Shown: in pieces, positions 31,611 to 42,752 of the stretch | How the letters are laid out: each line of letters starts with the position of its first letter | Position numbering within the stretch: the first letter of the stretch is position 1 | DNA from: a virus | Direction: 5' to 3' (one strand) | DNA length: 64,000 nucleotides | Virus record (IMG/VR): IMGVR_UViG_3300037149_000105 | Location: 1 to 64,000 of that record | The notes under the pieces: model-generated | Seen by the model: only the letters and a program-made list of their open reading frames with translations | Databases searched by the model: none | What the model was told of the DNA's origin: nothing | Program-made: the position numbers and the translations under genes

Positions 31611-34568
31611 CTACCCCCCACCACTTAGAATATTTCCAATATTTGTTAAGGTTTGCCCCAAAGTGTCCCCAGTATATGTTGCGTTTGTACCAGTTGTGTA
31701 TGCTGGATTTTGTGTAGCCCCAGTTGGTCTGAGACCAAGAATTGCTCCGTACGGGGAACTAACAAAGGTTGCACTCATACTAAGTAATACTCCACTGAGA
31801 GGACCATTTGGTGGGGCATACCCTCCAATATCAGTATTTTGAGTAAGGGTGGAAACCGCGTAAGGACCAACATTGTTGCTATTGGTTGGGCCTATGAACC
31901 CTTGAAGGAAAACTTGTAGTGCATCCACGTTATTCGACCATGTTTGCAAACCAGAGGAATCAGAAGATTGGGGAACTGATGAGGCGGCTCCCAAAGTCCC
32001 TGAGGCTGCCCCGGAGGCTGAATGATTTGGATTTGACCAATTCGGAATGGCAAAACTGGTCTCCGTCACCCCCATATCACTGGCTGAGTAGGCAAGTTCA
32101 AAATAAGGAACATTAGTTTTATCAAACTTCTGAATCGGGAAATCCTGAGTAATCAGTGTGTCTCCATTTGGTAAATTAGCCTTAACTTTGGGAGTGGAAT
32201 TATTGGCTAAAAGCTCTGTTGCTGCATTTGATGAATTAAGATGAGTGGTCAGACCAGCAGTCAAAAATGCTGACACTGTAAAATTAGCGGGTGAAGATGA
32301 AGAGGCGGAAGAATCAGTGGCTGATGATGGCCATGCATCTGTAGTGAAAGTGATTAGTGCATCAGTTAAGGTGGCGTAACGACCCCAAGGAAATGGGGAA
32401 ATCACTTCGTAACCTTTCTCATTTGTGTAAGGCTGTACCATGGTAGTGCGGTCAATATAATTCCCATCTGCCACTTTTGCTTTAGAAAAAACTGTTCCAG
32501 TTGCCACATCCAACCCACCATTATACCATGTGCCCGTTCCATCAGGAGGGGTTTCGTTCCCAAAGGGAACTTTAGTGCCATCAAGACCATATGCCCCATC
32601 TCCCCCATCATTCTGGATTCTCCATGTAGAAATATTAGCACCAACAGGCATATCATTACGAGTTTCGTATATACTTCCCATTATTTGAGCCAAATATTCT
32701 CTCACTGCTACCTGATCTGGGCTGCGAGTTTCAGTAGCAACCAGAGGAACTGAGGAGATAACTCCAGCCTTAGCAAGGACATTCCCACTTTGAGAATCAT
32801 ATTGAGTCGCAGAGGAAGAAGTAAAAGCGTGAACTAGATTTGGTTGGGCGGCATATATTTGAACTGATTGAGAAACATCTTGTCCATTAATGTTCTGTGT
32901 TATGTTTTGTGGTTGAAGGAAGAGAGGACGTTTTCTCACAAAATTACAGGTGAGACTAGTCGTCGCCTGTCCTCCCACATTATAGCTGTGTGCGATGCCC
33001 GTGATATAAGCATACATATCTTTGTGAGGCATATAAACAGTAAACCCAAGTCTAAGCTCAGGACGAAGTGGAATAGATGCAGAGTACGTTGTAAAACCTA
33101 TATTGGCCCTAGCCAACTCAGCAGCACAAAATCCATAAGCAGCCCGTAAGTCGTTATAGAGAAATCCACAGGGTTTGGCTTGTTCTTGGCGAACCCCAAA
33201 CTTCCTAACTAGATTGACATCAGTAAATCTGACAATTTTGTTAAGTTCTGTAGGGGGAATTATTTGAAATCCACCAGGGGCACAGAAATTGGTGGCAATC
33301 AGCATAGAGGTTTTTCGAATGGCTGATTCCTCTTCCTGGTAGTTTTCGGACAAGATTTCCGACATATTGATGATATATGGGTTAGTTTGTGGAGTAAGGT
33401 TCACCTCTGATAGCCCTGAAGAGGAAAGAGCGGGTGAGTTTGAATTACTTACAATAGTGCAGTCCAGGTTGTATAGGGGTGGTTTGATAATGATTAAACC
33501 ATCAACATCCTGATAACTTTCAAATCCCATGATATCAACCAAGTGTCTTATTCTCTCCAATCTGGTGACCAATTGATTGCCAAATAATTTAACCCCAGAA
33601 AGAACCATGTCAAAAGCATATTCTCGAAGAAGACTTGATATCCCGGCATTTTCTTTACACATATCTGTTTGGGTGAATAATGGTGGGGGTTTTTCCCCAG
33701 CTTTAGCCGCAACAGGAGAATTGTGTTTGGCCACCTTTGTGCTTTCAGCAATTGGGGAAGAAATTGCCTTATTATTTGATGACCATCCAAATAACCGCAC
33801 ATCTCTACATAAATCTTGAAGTCTGGTGGTCCATTTGGTGCAATATTCTTGATTAATTGCTTCCTTATCCCTATCAGATGCCAAGAAGTTTTGCTGGTAC
33901 GCCTCATGAGTAAACTCACTGAAGTCCAATGCCTTATGAAAGGTGTCGTATACGGCAGCATAAATGTTAAAATCGGATTGATTGGTCCTCATGATAGTAA
34001 ATGTGGAATCGGAGTTACCTATGAGAGCTTTATTCAATTCAATTTGAGTCATCTCTAGGAGACGACAGATTCCTGCAATTCCTATGGTGATCTCTAAACT
34101 GGTGGGAGTCTCATTAAGAGCCACAGAAGTAATAAGACCGTTAAATATACGCCGGAAAATGGTATTGCCAGCAGCAGAGAAGAAGTAACCCTTGGCATAA
34201 ATACGAATGGCACTCATAATATCAATTATAATGCTACCCCCAGGAGCCATAAATAACTGCTTAGAACCATTAGGCACAGAAAGATTGATAGTCCCAGAGG
34301 GGATCATAGAGTTAATATTGTAGGAGGTGGTGATTGCGGTAATATAATCGTTAAAATTAACTGCTACAAGACTTGTATATCCTTGACTTAGATAGGGGTT
34401 ATTAAGAAAAGGCAAGGAATCAATATACACCACCATATCAGGGGCCGTTTTAATAATTTCACGTTCCTGTGCGGTCTGTATGATATTGCGAATCTTCGCG
34501 GAAGGCTGCGGGGGGGTAGGGGGAACAGGATTTATTGAAATAGGTTGAGGATTAGAGGGGGTTAACAT
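31611..34568 (-). CDS. Baseplate hub-like protein
   Basis: 985 aa; IRIYAKGY...IFNG.ITSV, FESYQDVDG.IIIKPPLYN, LRPELRLGF..Y...YITGIAHS; position downstream of the tape measure gene. Confidence 0.6.
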   Translation of the reverse strand: MLTPSNPQPISINPVPPTPPQPSAKIRNIIQTAQEREIIKTAPDMVVYIDSLPFLNNPYLSQGYTSLVAVNFNDYITAITTSYNINSMIPSGTINLSVPNGSKQLFMAPGGSIIIDIMSAIRIYAKGYFFSAAGNTIFRRIFNGLITSVALNETPTSLEITIGIAGICRLLEMTQIELNKALIGNSDSTFTIMRTNQSDFNIYAAVYDTFHKALDFSEFTHEAYQQNFLASDRDKEAINQEYCTKWTTRLQDLCRDVRLFGWSSNNKAISSPIAESTKVAKHNSPVAAKAGEKPPPLFTQTDMCKENAGISSLLREYAFDMVLSGVKLFGNQLVTRLERIRHLVDIMGFESYQDVDGLIIIKPPLYNLDCTIVSNSNSPALSSSGLSEVNLTPQTNPYIINMSEILSENYQEEESAIRKTSMLIATNFCAPGGFQIIPPTELNKIVRFTDVNLVRKFGVRQEQAKPCGFLYNDLRAAYGFCAAELARANIGFTTYSASIPLRPELRLGFTVYMPHKDMYAYITGIAHSYNVGGQATTSLTCNFVRKRPLFLQPQNITQNINGQDVSQSVQIYAAQPNLVHAFTSSSATQYDSQSGNVLAKAGVISSVPLVATETRSPDQVAVREYLAQIMGSIYETRNDMPVGANISTWRIQNDGGDGAYGLDGTKVPFGNETPPDGTGTWYNGGLDVATGTVFSKAKVADGNYIDRTTMVQPYTNEKGYEVISPFPWGRYATLTDALITFTTDAWPSSATDSSASSSSPANFTVSAFLTAGLTTHLNSSNAATELLANNSTPKVKANLPNGDTLITQDFPIQKFDKTNVPYFELAYSASDMGVTETSFAIPNWSNPNHSASGAASGTLGAASSVPQSSDSSGLQTWSNNVDALQVFLQGFIGPTNSNNVGPYAVSTLTQNTDIGGYAPPNGPLSGVLLSMSATFVSSPYGAILGLRPTGATQNPAYTTGTNATYTGDTLGQTLTNIGNILSGGG

Positions 34569-35513
34569 TTAGGCTGACTCCACAATCTTCAGAACACTGG
34601 GGGCAATGGGAGTGTAATCTGAGGGGGTGAGGGTGGTTGAAGTGGAACCAATTGGGGTTTGAGTTTGGGTTACCGAGGACTGAGGAGAAGTGGGGGTGGC
34701 AAGAAGCACTTCTTTGGAGTGACCCCTGTAGATATTGCTTCGAATTGAGGAGAGCCAAGGAGAGCCTGAAACAAATCGCTCCTTCCACGCAATGAAGCCA
34801 ATATCAAATGTATTATAAAATGGATTTTCAGCGGACTGAACAAGAGTCATATTAGTAAACATTCCACTCCACATGAAATTTCCCACTGAGATTACAACAT
34901 CGCCATGACTTTTAATCCGCTTTCGCATATAGTCAGGGGCATTCCATGCGGGGTTAACCTCCTCCCCCTCAAACCAATAACCATTATTCAGGACTATATT
35001 CTCCAATTCCATCACATTACGATAACTAAGACTATACTCTTCCCATTGATCTGTGAGCCCATTCTGGAAATAGCCCCCTGCCGTCATTCCTGACATATGA
35101 AGTTCCACTACATCTTCACCCCAAATACCAAATTGCCACCCACCCCGAGTCATACTTTGACTATCGGCAGTTTGGTGAGTAACACTTAAGGTATGTGGAT
35201 TAATCAAAAAACGAAAGGTGAAATCCGGCTCGTAGTAGTCAGTTTTGGAGGAGTTACGTGATGGAATGCTCACAGTCATGTAATCAGTGAAGGTAGATTT
35301 TGCGAATGAGATGGCTTCATAAGCTGTGGGGACTTGTGAAGAATCATCTTCCCCGGAAACAGTAAGTTGGGGAGCAGGAGCCACTGAAGAAGCCAGCATG
35401 GGAACAGGTACAAGTCTGGTTTCTCCACGCACGGGCAGCATCCCAACTTTGGTGACAGAAGTTAAGTCAAAGGAGGGGGTGTTCCAAATAGGATTTAGGG
35501 AGTCGTCTGACAT
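34569..35513 (-). CDS. Tail tube initiator/baseplate tube-fold protein
   Basis: FLINPHTLSV...TRGGWQFGIWGED...SGMT, WSGMFTNMTLVQSAENPF. Confidence 0.55.
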   Translation of the reverse strand: MSDDSLNPIWNTPSFDLTSVTKVGMLPVRGETRLVPVPMLASSVAPAPQLTVSGEDDSSQVPTAYEAISFAKSTFTDYMTVSIPSRNSSKTDYYEPDFTFRFLINPHTLSVTHQTADSQSMTRGGWQFGIWGEDVVELHMSGMTAGGYFQNGLTDQWEEYSLSYRNVMELENIVLNNGYWFEGEEVNPAWNAPDYMRKRIKSHGDVVISVGNFMWSGMFTNMTLVQSAENPFYNTFDIGFIAWKERFVSGSPWLSSIRSNIYRGHSKEVLLATPTSPQSSVTQTQTPIGSTSTTLTPSDYTPIAPSVLKIVESA

Positions 35514-35526
35514 TTACTTTTCCTGG

Positions 35527-36579
35527 TTATAACCCATTTGCTTGGAATGGGTTAGCTGCGTAGTTGGCAGCCTGAGCCGCATTTGAAGCCGCCTGAGCCG
35601 CAGCCGTGCTTTGTGTATAAAATACGTAGTTGATAGTGCGTTGAACCTGGAAAATGAAATCAAACTTCCACTGATAGGGTGAATTGGCATCCATCGTCCA
35701 AGTAAAGGACTTGAAATACCCTTGGTACACATTCCCTTTGAAATTCATAATAACCTGCCCCTTTACCATAACATCATTATTCCTAGCATTTCTCTGGAAG
35801 GTATTGGCTCCAAACTGAGCAGACCATATGGTCGGAGATAATTGGGTTCGGTTGTTAAAAGGAGAATCTAAGTCAGAGGAGACAAATCGGGTTATTCCAT
35901 TATTTTTAAACAAACTTAACAACTCAATGAATGCGTCTTGTGCGGCAACCCTAAATCGATGTTGAGGGTACATTCCACGTAGTTTTGCTAGAGCTACCGG
36001 AGATGCATCTGGCCCAGTGTAGGGCTGGCCATAAGCACCTAGGGAAGACTGGCCGTAAGCTGATTGGTCAATAGTTTGCTCCAAGAAATCTGTGTCATTC
36101 TCCAAAGACATAATTTCTGTGATGCCATATCGATTCATGAAGAGACCGGTAGAGCCTGAACCAGTGATGAGGTCGGGTTCCATGCCCCAAAAGGTCAGAT
36201 GTAGGCCAGATCTGGTATTGGCTTTATTGATAATGTGTTTCATCTGATGCGAGACCTGAGTAAGACTGCAATTGAGTCTTACGGTTAAGGGCTGACCAAC
36301 CTGAGCGCCTGGAAGCATGACTGTGGGCTGTTTCTCATCAAGACAAACTTGAAAAGTAACAGGAGACTTTAGACGTTTCAGAGTGGGGTTTCCGGTAAAA
36401 CCAATCTTCCACCAAGGAGCATTTTGCAAATTGGTATAATCAACTAAACTAGTCAAAGCCTGACCCACTGCCGTGGTGGCCTGAGCAGAAGTAACAGAAG
36501 ATTGCACGGGCTGCGTCTGCGATAGTGTGGGTAGGGTAACGAGACCTAGATCAGCGTTGGGATTAATGGGGCTGCTCAT
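35527..36579 (-). CDS. Second tube-fold initiator protein, paralog of 34569-35513
   Basis: NTRSGLHLTFWG...GSGST, YQGYFKSFTWTMDANSPYQWKFDFIF; likely start 36579 (ATGA overlap with the tape measure stop). Confidence 0.55.
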   Translation of the reverse strand: MSSPINPNADLGLVTLPTLSQTQPVQSSVTSAQATTAVGQALTSLVDYTNLQNAPWWKIGFTGNPTLKRLKSPVTFQVCLDEKQPTVMLPGAQVGQPLTVRLNCSLTQVSHQMKHIINKANTRSGLHLTFWGMEPDLITGSGSTGLFMNRYGITEIMSLENDTDFLEQTIDQSAYGQSSLGAYGQPYTGPDASPVALAKLRGMYPQHRFRVAAQDAFIELLSLFKNNGITRFVSSDLDSPFNNRTQLSPTIWSAQFGANTFQRNARNNDVMVKGQVIMNFKGNVYQGYFKSFTWTMDANSPYQWKFDFIFQVQRTINYVFYTQSTAAAQAASNAAQAANYAANPFQANGL

Positions 36580-39500
36580 TGATTTGTCCAAGGGCTATAG
36601 GGTCGAGCGTGAGCGGGAGCGGGTGCAGTTTCTCCTGCATGTCCAGGAAGTGGGTTACCTTGATTTGTGTTTGCAGCTATTTCAACGCTGTTATTGGTTG
36701 TAGTAATATGATAGGTGTTGCCAGGAAGCACTTTGTTCAATTCACTTTGCACCATTGAGAGATTTCCATGTTTAGCAAGAGTCGGATCTGTGGCTGCTTC
36801 AGTCAGCCAATCCTGATGTTTATCTCTAGCGGACGCCAAAACTGCGTCCATTTTAGTCCCACCTTCAGCATAGGAAGCAAGCTCATAAGCAGTTTTATGC
36901 GGCCCATGTGTGTAGTTTGACTGCCCCTCTATTTCATCTAAATAGGCACTCGCAAGTTGCCTTTGGTAGGCAATTGATTCTGCGGGGGAGTGTCCAACTC
37001 CTAAAAATAAATTTTTATCAAATGAGTGCCCACCCACCTGATACTGATTACCCAGCTTTTCAGCAACATTAGGCATCATTTGATACGCCCCATAAGCTTG
37101 TGATGCTGGTCTATCCTTTGTAACAACATTCTTTTTATTATAGGCTTGATCATCCGTTAATCCTCTTGTCTCACCCTGGCGTATAGTGTCCAACATATCT
37201 TTTCGAAATGGTGGGGCATCAGTGTCATTTGAATCATAGGACGTAGTAGTTTCCCCAGAAAATATTTTTTGATCTTTTTTAATAGAGTCAGCTTGAGTAG
37301 CCTTGGCATATCCCATTTTTAGTCTTAAATCTTCAAGAGTCGTATTAGATGGTACTATTGCCAAGGCATGAATGTCCTGTGCAAGAGTATTGTGAATTTC
37401 CCCCTGAAGAGCATTACCTTCTTGCGTACCAGTGAATCTGCTTTTGGCCACTGTTTGTGCCTCTTCAACTGTGTCAGCTACCTCTGTTAAATTTTTCTTC
37501 TCTTCTGGAGTTCTAGCATTGGATGCTGCATCCCTAATTTTATCTATGGGGCCTTGTTCTGCGGATGGCCCGAAAGCTGCATATTTGTCCGCTCTATCCT
37601 TTTGTTCCTGTAGGGTTTGTTTATCAGTTTTGAACAAAGTAAGATTAAAGAAGTTAACACATTCTTCAAGCAAGGTAACTATGTGTTCTACTAATGCCTT
37701 TAAAGCCTTTTTAATGTAATCCAATGGTCCGGTTATATAACTTTGATTCTCTTCTGCGGTTTTTTTAGCAGCTTTCACATCGGCATCAGAAATAACATCC
37801 GATAATCTCTGAGAAAATAAGTTATTAATTGTATCTTGAACTGGTTTCATTTCTGTAATATCTTTACCAGTATCCAAATTTTTATTAATATCTTTCCATC
37901 CCTTTGAATTTATATTTGAAAACTGTGCTCTAGCTGCCTTTCCTTCTTCAGTATCAGGATTCATTCGTGCAGCCTCTGTAATGCCTGCCAAAATTTGATG
38001 ACCCGCTTGCCCCAAATGTGTAGTAAGATCTTCTGGATGAAGATTGAGATTCTTTCCAACTTCTAAGAATTCCCCAGTCTTTGACAAGGATTGAACTCTG
38101 TTTCTAGCTGAATCAGAAGCTTGAATAAAATCTGAAAGCTTAGCATTTCCATGCATAGCTACTTTTAGTAGGGAAAGTTGTTTAGCTATTTTGCTTTCAG
38201 GAGTTTCACCGGTCAGAGCCTCTTGAGTGGCCAAACCAATTGGTGAGTGATCCTTTATTGCAAGTTTACCTTGATTTCGTTGCTTAAGAAACATTTCCAT
38301 TGCTGCGGTTTCTTCAGGATGACCAGGAGTTACCTTATTTCTTAATGCCTCATCCGTAGCCTTCTCCATTTCTTCTGCCGTGGTGTTTTTTATTGTACCA
38401 TCAGCAAGTAACTTAGCCCCTGTTGCTCTATACTTAGCCTGCTTACTCTCTGCAAACCCTAGACGCCCCTTATCACCCATCTGGATATAAGCAAAAATAC
38501 TCTGTTCGTACGTCTTTTTATCCCCTTCAAGACCCTTGACCATTTTTGAGATATCATCTGTAGTATAAGTAGCATTTTTACCTAAAAGCAGCATTAGTCC
38601 GCAGGTAAAGTTTAGAGATTTATTTAATTTATCAAACTCACTCGTAACATCATCAAGTAGTTTTAAATAAGATACAACGCTAATCCCAGTAGACTGAACA
38701 GCTTTCCCAATATGGACAAACATATCTTCCACTTCACCCATGGAAAGGCTAAATTCATGCAGTAATTTCATAGTTAGTTGGGTAGATTCAGTGGTGTCTA
38801 ACCCAATATTTTTTCCAAACATCGCGCCATTTCGAACTACACCACTATATATATTTGAGGCTCTAGAGGCACCAATGGCGTCATCCGGAGTCATCCCGTC
38901 ATTGACCTTGCCATACTTAGTTTGCACAGCTTGCCCGGACTCAACTACAGTTTTCATCATATCTGACATTTTTTCAAAATCAAGGTCATAGTATCGAGCT
39001 GCCCCCTTCCCCTGGCCACCCATGCCGTAACCTCCTGGTTCTAAAGCCCTACTCCATTCGTTATAATTTGCTCCCATTTTGCCCCCACCCTGAACAATTC
39101 CACCTTTGCCAAGTTTTGAGTATATATCCTTATTTCTATCAAATCCTTGCTGAAAAAGTTGTAAAATACCATAAAGGGCGGCGGCTGGACCAGCAATGGC
39201 TCCCATGGCTCCACCTAACATTGAACCACCCCCTTCTGACATCAGCCCCATTCCCATTTTTCCGAGCATTCCTCCACCACCGGAAGCGGTGGATTTTAGA
39301 GCCCTACCCATAAGGGCACGATCCAACATCCCTGCTACACCAGTTTTTCCTGAAAGTTGGCGAACCACAGCGGATCTGTCCCCCTCACTCATCCCCTTGG
39401 CACTATATACACCCTGAAGTTTGGCAAATCCTGCTGCTCGTTTATCTGCATTAAAGCTAAGTAAGTCAGCATGTCCTTTTTTTACAGCAGTATTCTCCCC

Positions 39501-40208
39501 CGAACGTTTCTTATCAAATAAATCCTGTTTCATTCGTTCCTTGCCAGAACTTATAGTTTCAGCTTTAAGCCGCTTGACCTGAGCCTGCATATTAGCAAGA
39601 TTTCCAAACAACCCCTTGAACCCAAAGTTGTCCAAAACCTTGAAGGCTCTGATTGCCCCACCAATAGAGTCATCGAAAGCCTTACCTACCCCCTTTGCTT
39701 CAGCCACCTGTTTGCTAAATGAAATATCCTCTATAACCCCTTTGGCCTCCTCTACACTTTCAGTTACTCCTTCAATTGCCTTAGTAAAATCATCAGCATT
39801 TTTAATATTTGCTTTCATTGCCTTACCAATAGCCTCTTGAACTTTTTCAATTTTCTTCAATTCTACTTCATCTTTTTCATGAAATTTCTTTGCTTTTTCA
39901 TATTCTTTGTTCAATTTTCCTAAATAACTCACAACTTTTTCTCGTTCTTTTGCATCTGAAACATCTATTCGATGTAATTTAGTTGTGAGAGTCAAAATTT
40001 CTTTGTAATTATTAATTCCCTCCTCTGTTGAAAAAATTATATCATGCAAACTATCGCTCCACCGTTTGAGGGACTTATTACCCTCTTCAATAGGTTTCCC
40101 CATCCCCGCTAATGCTGTTGTCAGGGAACCAACAGTAGTGGTGAGTGAACCCATCAAGGTCTGCATACCTTGAAGAGTTTTAAGGGTTTCTTTTTGACTT
40201 GATGCCAT
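36576..40208 (-). CDS. Tape measure protein with C-terminal lytic-transglycosylase-like domain
   Basis: 1210 aa, helical K/A/E/G-rich; IRQGETRG...AYGAYQMMP...LASYAEG motifs; synteny. Confidence 0.7.
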   Translation of the reverse strand: MASSQKETLKTLQGMQTLMGSLTTTVGSLTTALAGMGKPIEEGNKSLKRWSDSLHDIIFSTEEGINNYKEILTLTTKLHRIDVSDAKEREKVVSYLGKLNKEYEKAKKFHEKDEVELKKIEKVQEAIGKAMKANIKNADDFTKAIEGVTESVEEAKGVIEDISFSKQVAEAKGVGKAFDDSIGGAIRAFKVLDNFGFKGLFGNLANMQAQVKRLKAETISSGKERMKQDLFDKKRSGENTAVKKGHADLLSFNADKRAAGFAKLQGVYSAKGMSEGDRSAVVRQLSGKTGVAGMLDRALMGRALKSTASGGGGMLGKMGMGLMSEGGGSMLGGAMGAIAGPAAALYGILQLFQQGFDRNKDIYSKLGKGGIVQGGGKMGANYNEWSRALEPGGYGMGGQGKGAARYYDLDFEKMSDMMKTVVESGQAVQTKYGKVNDGMTPDDAIGASRASNIYSGVVRNGAMFGKNIGLDTTESTQLTMKLLHEFSLSMGEVEDMFVHIGKAVQSTGISVVSYLKLLDDVTSEFDKLNKSLNFTCGLMLLLGKNATYTTDDISKMVKGLEGDKKTYEQSIFAYIQMGDKGRLGFAESKQAKYRATGAKLLADGTIKNTTAEEMEKATDEALRNKVTPGHPEETAAMEMFLKQRNQGKLAIKDHSPIGLATQEALTGETPESKIAKQLSLLKVAMHGNAKLSDFIQASDSARNRVQSLSKTGEFLEVGKNLNLHPEDLTTHLGQAGHQILAGITEAARMNPDTEEGKAARAQFSNINSKGWKDINKNLDTGKDITEMKPVQDTINNLFSQRLSDVISDADVKAAKKTAEENQSYITGPLDYIKKALKALVEHIVTLLEECVNFFNLTLFKTDKQTLQEQKDRADKYAAFGPSAEQGPIDKIRDAASNARTPEEKKNLTEVADTVEEAQTVAKSRFTGTQEGNALQGEIHNTLAQDIHALAIVPSNTTLEDLRLKMGYAKATQADSIKKDQKIFSGETTTSYDSNDTDAPPFRKDMLDTIRQGETRGLTDDQAYNKKNVVTKDRPASQAYGAYQMMPNVAEKLGNQYQVGGHSFDKNLFLGVGHSPAESIAYQRQLASAYLDEIEGQSNYTHGPHKTAYELASYAEGGTKMDAVLASARDKHQDWLTEAATDPTLAKHGNLSMVQSELNKVLPGNTYHITTTNNSVEIAANTNQGNPLPGHAGETAPAPAHARPYSPWTNQ

Positions 40209-40819
40209 TAAATGTCCTCATTAGGATTTACAATTTCCTTGATTGCATCCTTGTAAACGGTCTGCTGGGCTTCCTCAATTTCTTTCAGTGCCTGACCAAT
40301 AAATCTTTTTTCTACCTCGGTCATAACCTGATTGTCAGGGAGGGACTCAAACAGGCGATCTTCAATCTTCTGGCAGTGGACCATAAGGATTTTCCACAAA
40401 ACATTGACTACCTCTTGCCCCCATCCCATGATAAGGTTGCGAATCACCACCCTAAGAGTTGACTCCTTATGAGTTGTGGGATCCAGGATAAACTCATCTT
40501 TTCTATCCTTTAAATCTATCCCATTGACCCAACTGATCGCACGAGAGAGAATTTCTGCCTTGATTCTTGAGACCCAGGCATGACCCTTATACTCCTCAAC
40601 TGCTAAGAGGGTTTCAATTTCTTCCTCTGTAGGAATGTTAGCGAGTCTGAGCTGTATTTGTTTGCCACCAGCCCCAAAGCTGATGAGTTCTGAAGTTTCC
40701 TCAATTCCAAATCCTTTCAAATCCGCAATGATTGTCTCAAGAGAGGGTTGAGGAAGAGACTGAATTTCAACCGGGGCCTTTTTAGCCTCACTGGTATGGT
40801 TAGTATATTTCCGAGTCAT
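40208..40819 (-). CDS. Probable tail assembly chaperone/baseplate assembly protein
   Basis: 203 aa immediately upstream of the tape measure gene with TAATG coupling; ILSRAISWVNGIDL. Confidence 0.45.
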   Translation of the reverse strand: MTRKYTNHTSEAKKAPVEIQSLPQPSLETIIADLKGFGIEETSELISFGAGGKQIQLRLANIPTEEEIETLLAVEEYKGHAWVSRIKAEILSRAISWVNGIDLKDRKDEFILDPTTHKESTLRVVIRNLIMGWGQEVVNVLWKILMVHCQKIEDRLFESLPDNQVMTEVEKRFIGQALKEIEEAQQTVYKDAIKEIVNPNEDI

Positions 40820-40849
40820 TGAAGCTCCTGGTCTACATCAGAGGGACAG

Positions 40850-41956
40850 CTACCCTTCTCTTTCAAAATACTTTGTGATTCTTTCTGAACTTGAGGGCAT
40901 TTCATCTGATTGATTTGCTAGTTCAGTGATAGATTGTTGCACCAATCCTTGAGACCTAGCTCGAATTTCCCGTTCTCTCCGTTTCACTTCTGCATCCGTC
41001 ACCACCACCAGAGTGTTGCTATCTTCTAAAGTGGCAAGTTCAATTCTACGTTTCTGTACGCGAATTTGAAGCTCTCGCTCCTTCTCTTGGGCTTCACTCA
41101 CTTGTTTATTATAAAATTGTTGCATAAGCTGCTCATGTTTATCCCCGTGTATCATTCCATCCATCTCTCTGAGCAGACCCTGCACGGTGTTATCTTCATG
41201 AGAATGCCCAAACCCATCATCAAAATGGGGGGCATCGGACTGAAGCTTAACGTAATCTACAATTTCTGTCCATGGCTCAATCTGATCCATCTTAAGAGAA
41301 TTAAGCTCTCTGATAAGTTCTTTTACATATTTATCTGCGTTCTTTCCTACATGAGCACGAACAATTGCACTGAGATTTAGACTTTCTTCCAATCTCATAA
41401 TGGATCGATTTCGAATAGAAGTAAGTAAAGCCCACAGGTTAAGATGACTGGAAGGAGCAAATAACTTCATCTCTTTTCCATCAGGAAGGAGAATAGACTT
41501 CTGCTCAAACATATGGTCATATTTAGACTCCCATAGAAGTTGACTGGTTTGAGTAGAGCAAAAGGCTGAAATGTAAGGAAATAGGGAGATGTCAGCAACG
41601 TTGGCAGAATAGAGTCTATGAAGTATTGAGTTAATTTCATAAATATCTAGATTATTTATCTCATCTTCAGAAAAAGTGGTGCAGTGGGTTAATATTAATA
41701 CAATTCGTTCATCATTATCTTCTATCATTCTATCCAAAATTTTACGCTCGGATGAAGCTAGGGGTCTAATCCACCCCACTCTTTTACCACTTAATTTGAG
41801 AGGGCGGACCCTGGCTCCTATGGTGATAATTTCTTCCATTGCGGAAGAAACCTCTTTTTTAACCTCAAGGGCAATATTTGATTGTTGATATTTCAGTTCA
41901 CCAAGGTTGATTTGATTCATCATATCAACCCCAGAAGTTGAGGGACTCATTGCCAC
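40850..41956 (-). CDS. Hypothetical protein, possible tail assembly factor
   Basis: 368-aa ORF in the tail operon. Confidence 0.5.
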   Translation of the reverse strand: MAMSPSTSGVDMMNQINLGELKYQQSNIALEVKKEVSSAMEEIITIGARVRPLKLSGKRVGWIRPLASSERKILDRMIEDNDERIVLILTHCTTFSEDEINNLDIYEINSILHRLYSANVADISLFPYISAFCSTQTSQLLWESKYDHMFEQKSILLPDGKEMKLFAPSSHLNLWALLTSIRNRSIMRLEESLNLSAIVRAHVGKNADKYVKELIRELNSLKMDQIEPWTEIVDYVKLQSDAPHFDDGFGHSHEDNTVQGLLREMDGMIHGDKHEQLMQQFYNKQVSEAQEKERELQIRVQKRRIELATLEDSNTLVVVTDAEVKRREREIRARSQGLVQQSITELANQSDEMPSSSERITKYFEREG

Positions 41957-42495
41957 TCCTCCTTATCCACACGACTTTGTTTGGCTTTGAGCATAAAGTC
42001 TTCTTCCATCTTCAGGGCTCCTGCATAACCAGTTCCCGCTACAATTTTTTGAGCTAATGCTTTTTCTTCCTCAACTGCCTGCCTGCCAAATTTCTGAGTT
42101 AGGAGTTCTTCCACCTCATCCATTTTTTCGTCAGTCTCTGCCCCCTCCTCATCTAGCTCTTGACGGTAAGTGGCAGCGTCCGGGGCTTTCCACCAGGGAG
42201 ACACCTCGAACATCCGATGAGGGTCAAGACTACCTTTGTAAAACTTGTAGACCGTCTCCAGAGCACCCCGAGGAATTGAGGTCAGAACTTTCAACGCCTC
42301 CTCCGGAGTCACATCCTTCCCAGAAATATCATAGAGGGCGTGAGCGGTGATGGCGAGGCGGTCAGCCATTTTATGTTTTTCAACCCACTCGCTCACCGGA
42401 GGCATATCCTTCCAGGTGAGTCGGCGGAAATGAAACACATGGTTCAAAACCTTCATCTCTAGCTCATTCTTAACTTCAGGTAGGGTGGACATCAT
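41947..42495 (-). CDS. Probable tail assembly chaperone-like protein
   Basis: FHFRRLTWKD...AHALYDISGKDV resembles 40208-40819; likely start 42495 after GAGG. Confidence 0.45.
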   Translation of the reverse strand: MMSTLPEVKNELEMKVLNHVFHFRRLTWKDMPPVSEWVEKHKMADRLAITAHALYDISGKDVTPEEALKVLTSIPRGALETVYKFYKGSLDPHRMFEVSPWWKAPDAATYRQELDEEGAETDEKMDEVEELLTQKFGRQAVEEEKALAQKIVAGTGYAGALKMEEDFMLKAKQSRVDKEEWQ

Positions 42496-42752
42496 AGCCT
42501 CTAACAGGGGGTGGAAAAGCTGGGGACTTGGAATGACCTGAGAAGACCAAAAATGAATCAAACGGGAAAAGTTCCAGTTTTATGTGTTTTCGAGTAGTCT
42601 CAAATATGAAGAACCGCATGAACACTCAATTCCTTGTTTCACTGACCCTAAAATTCCCTATATAACTCCAGTAAAAAGAAGAAGAGAATGTATATATAAT
42701 ATTATTGTACTCTTTATCTCTAAAAGGATTTTGAAAAAGGAAGGAGGAAATT

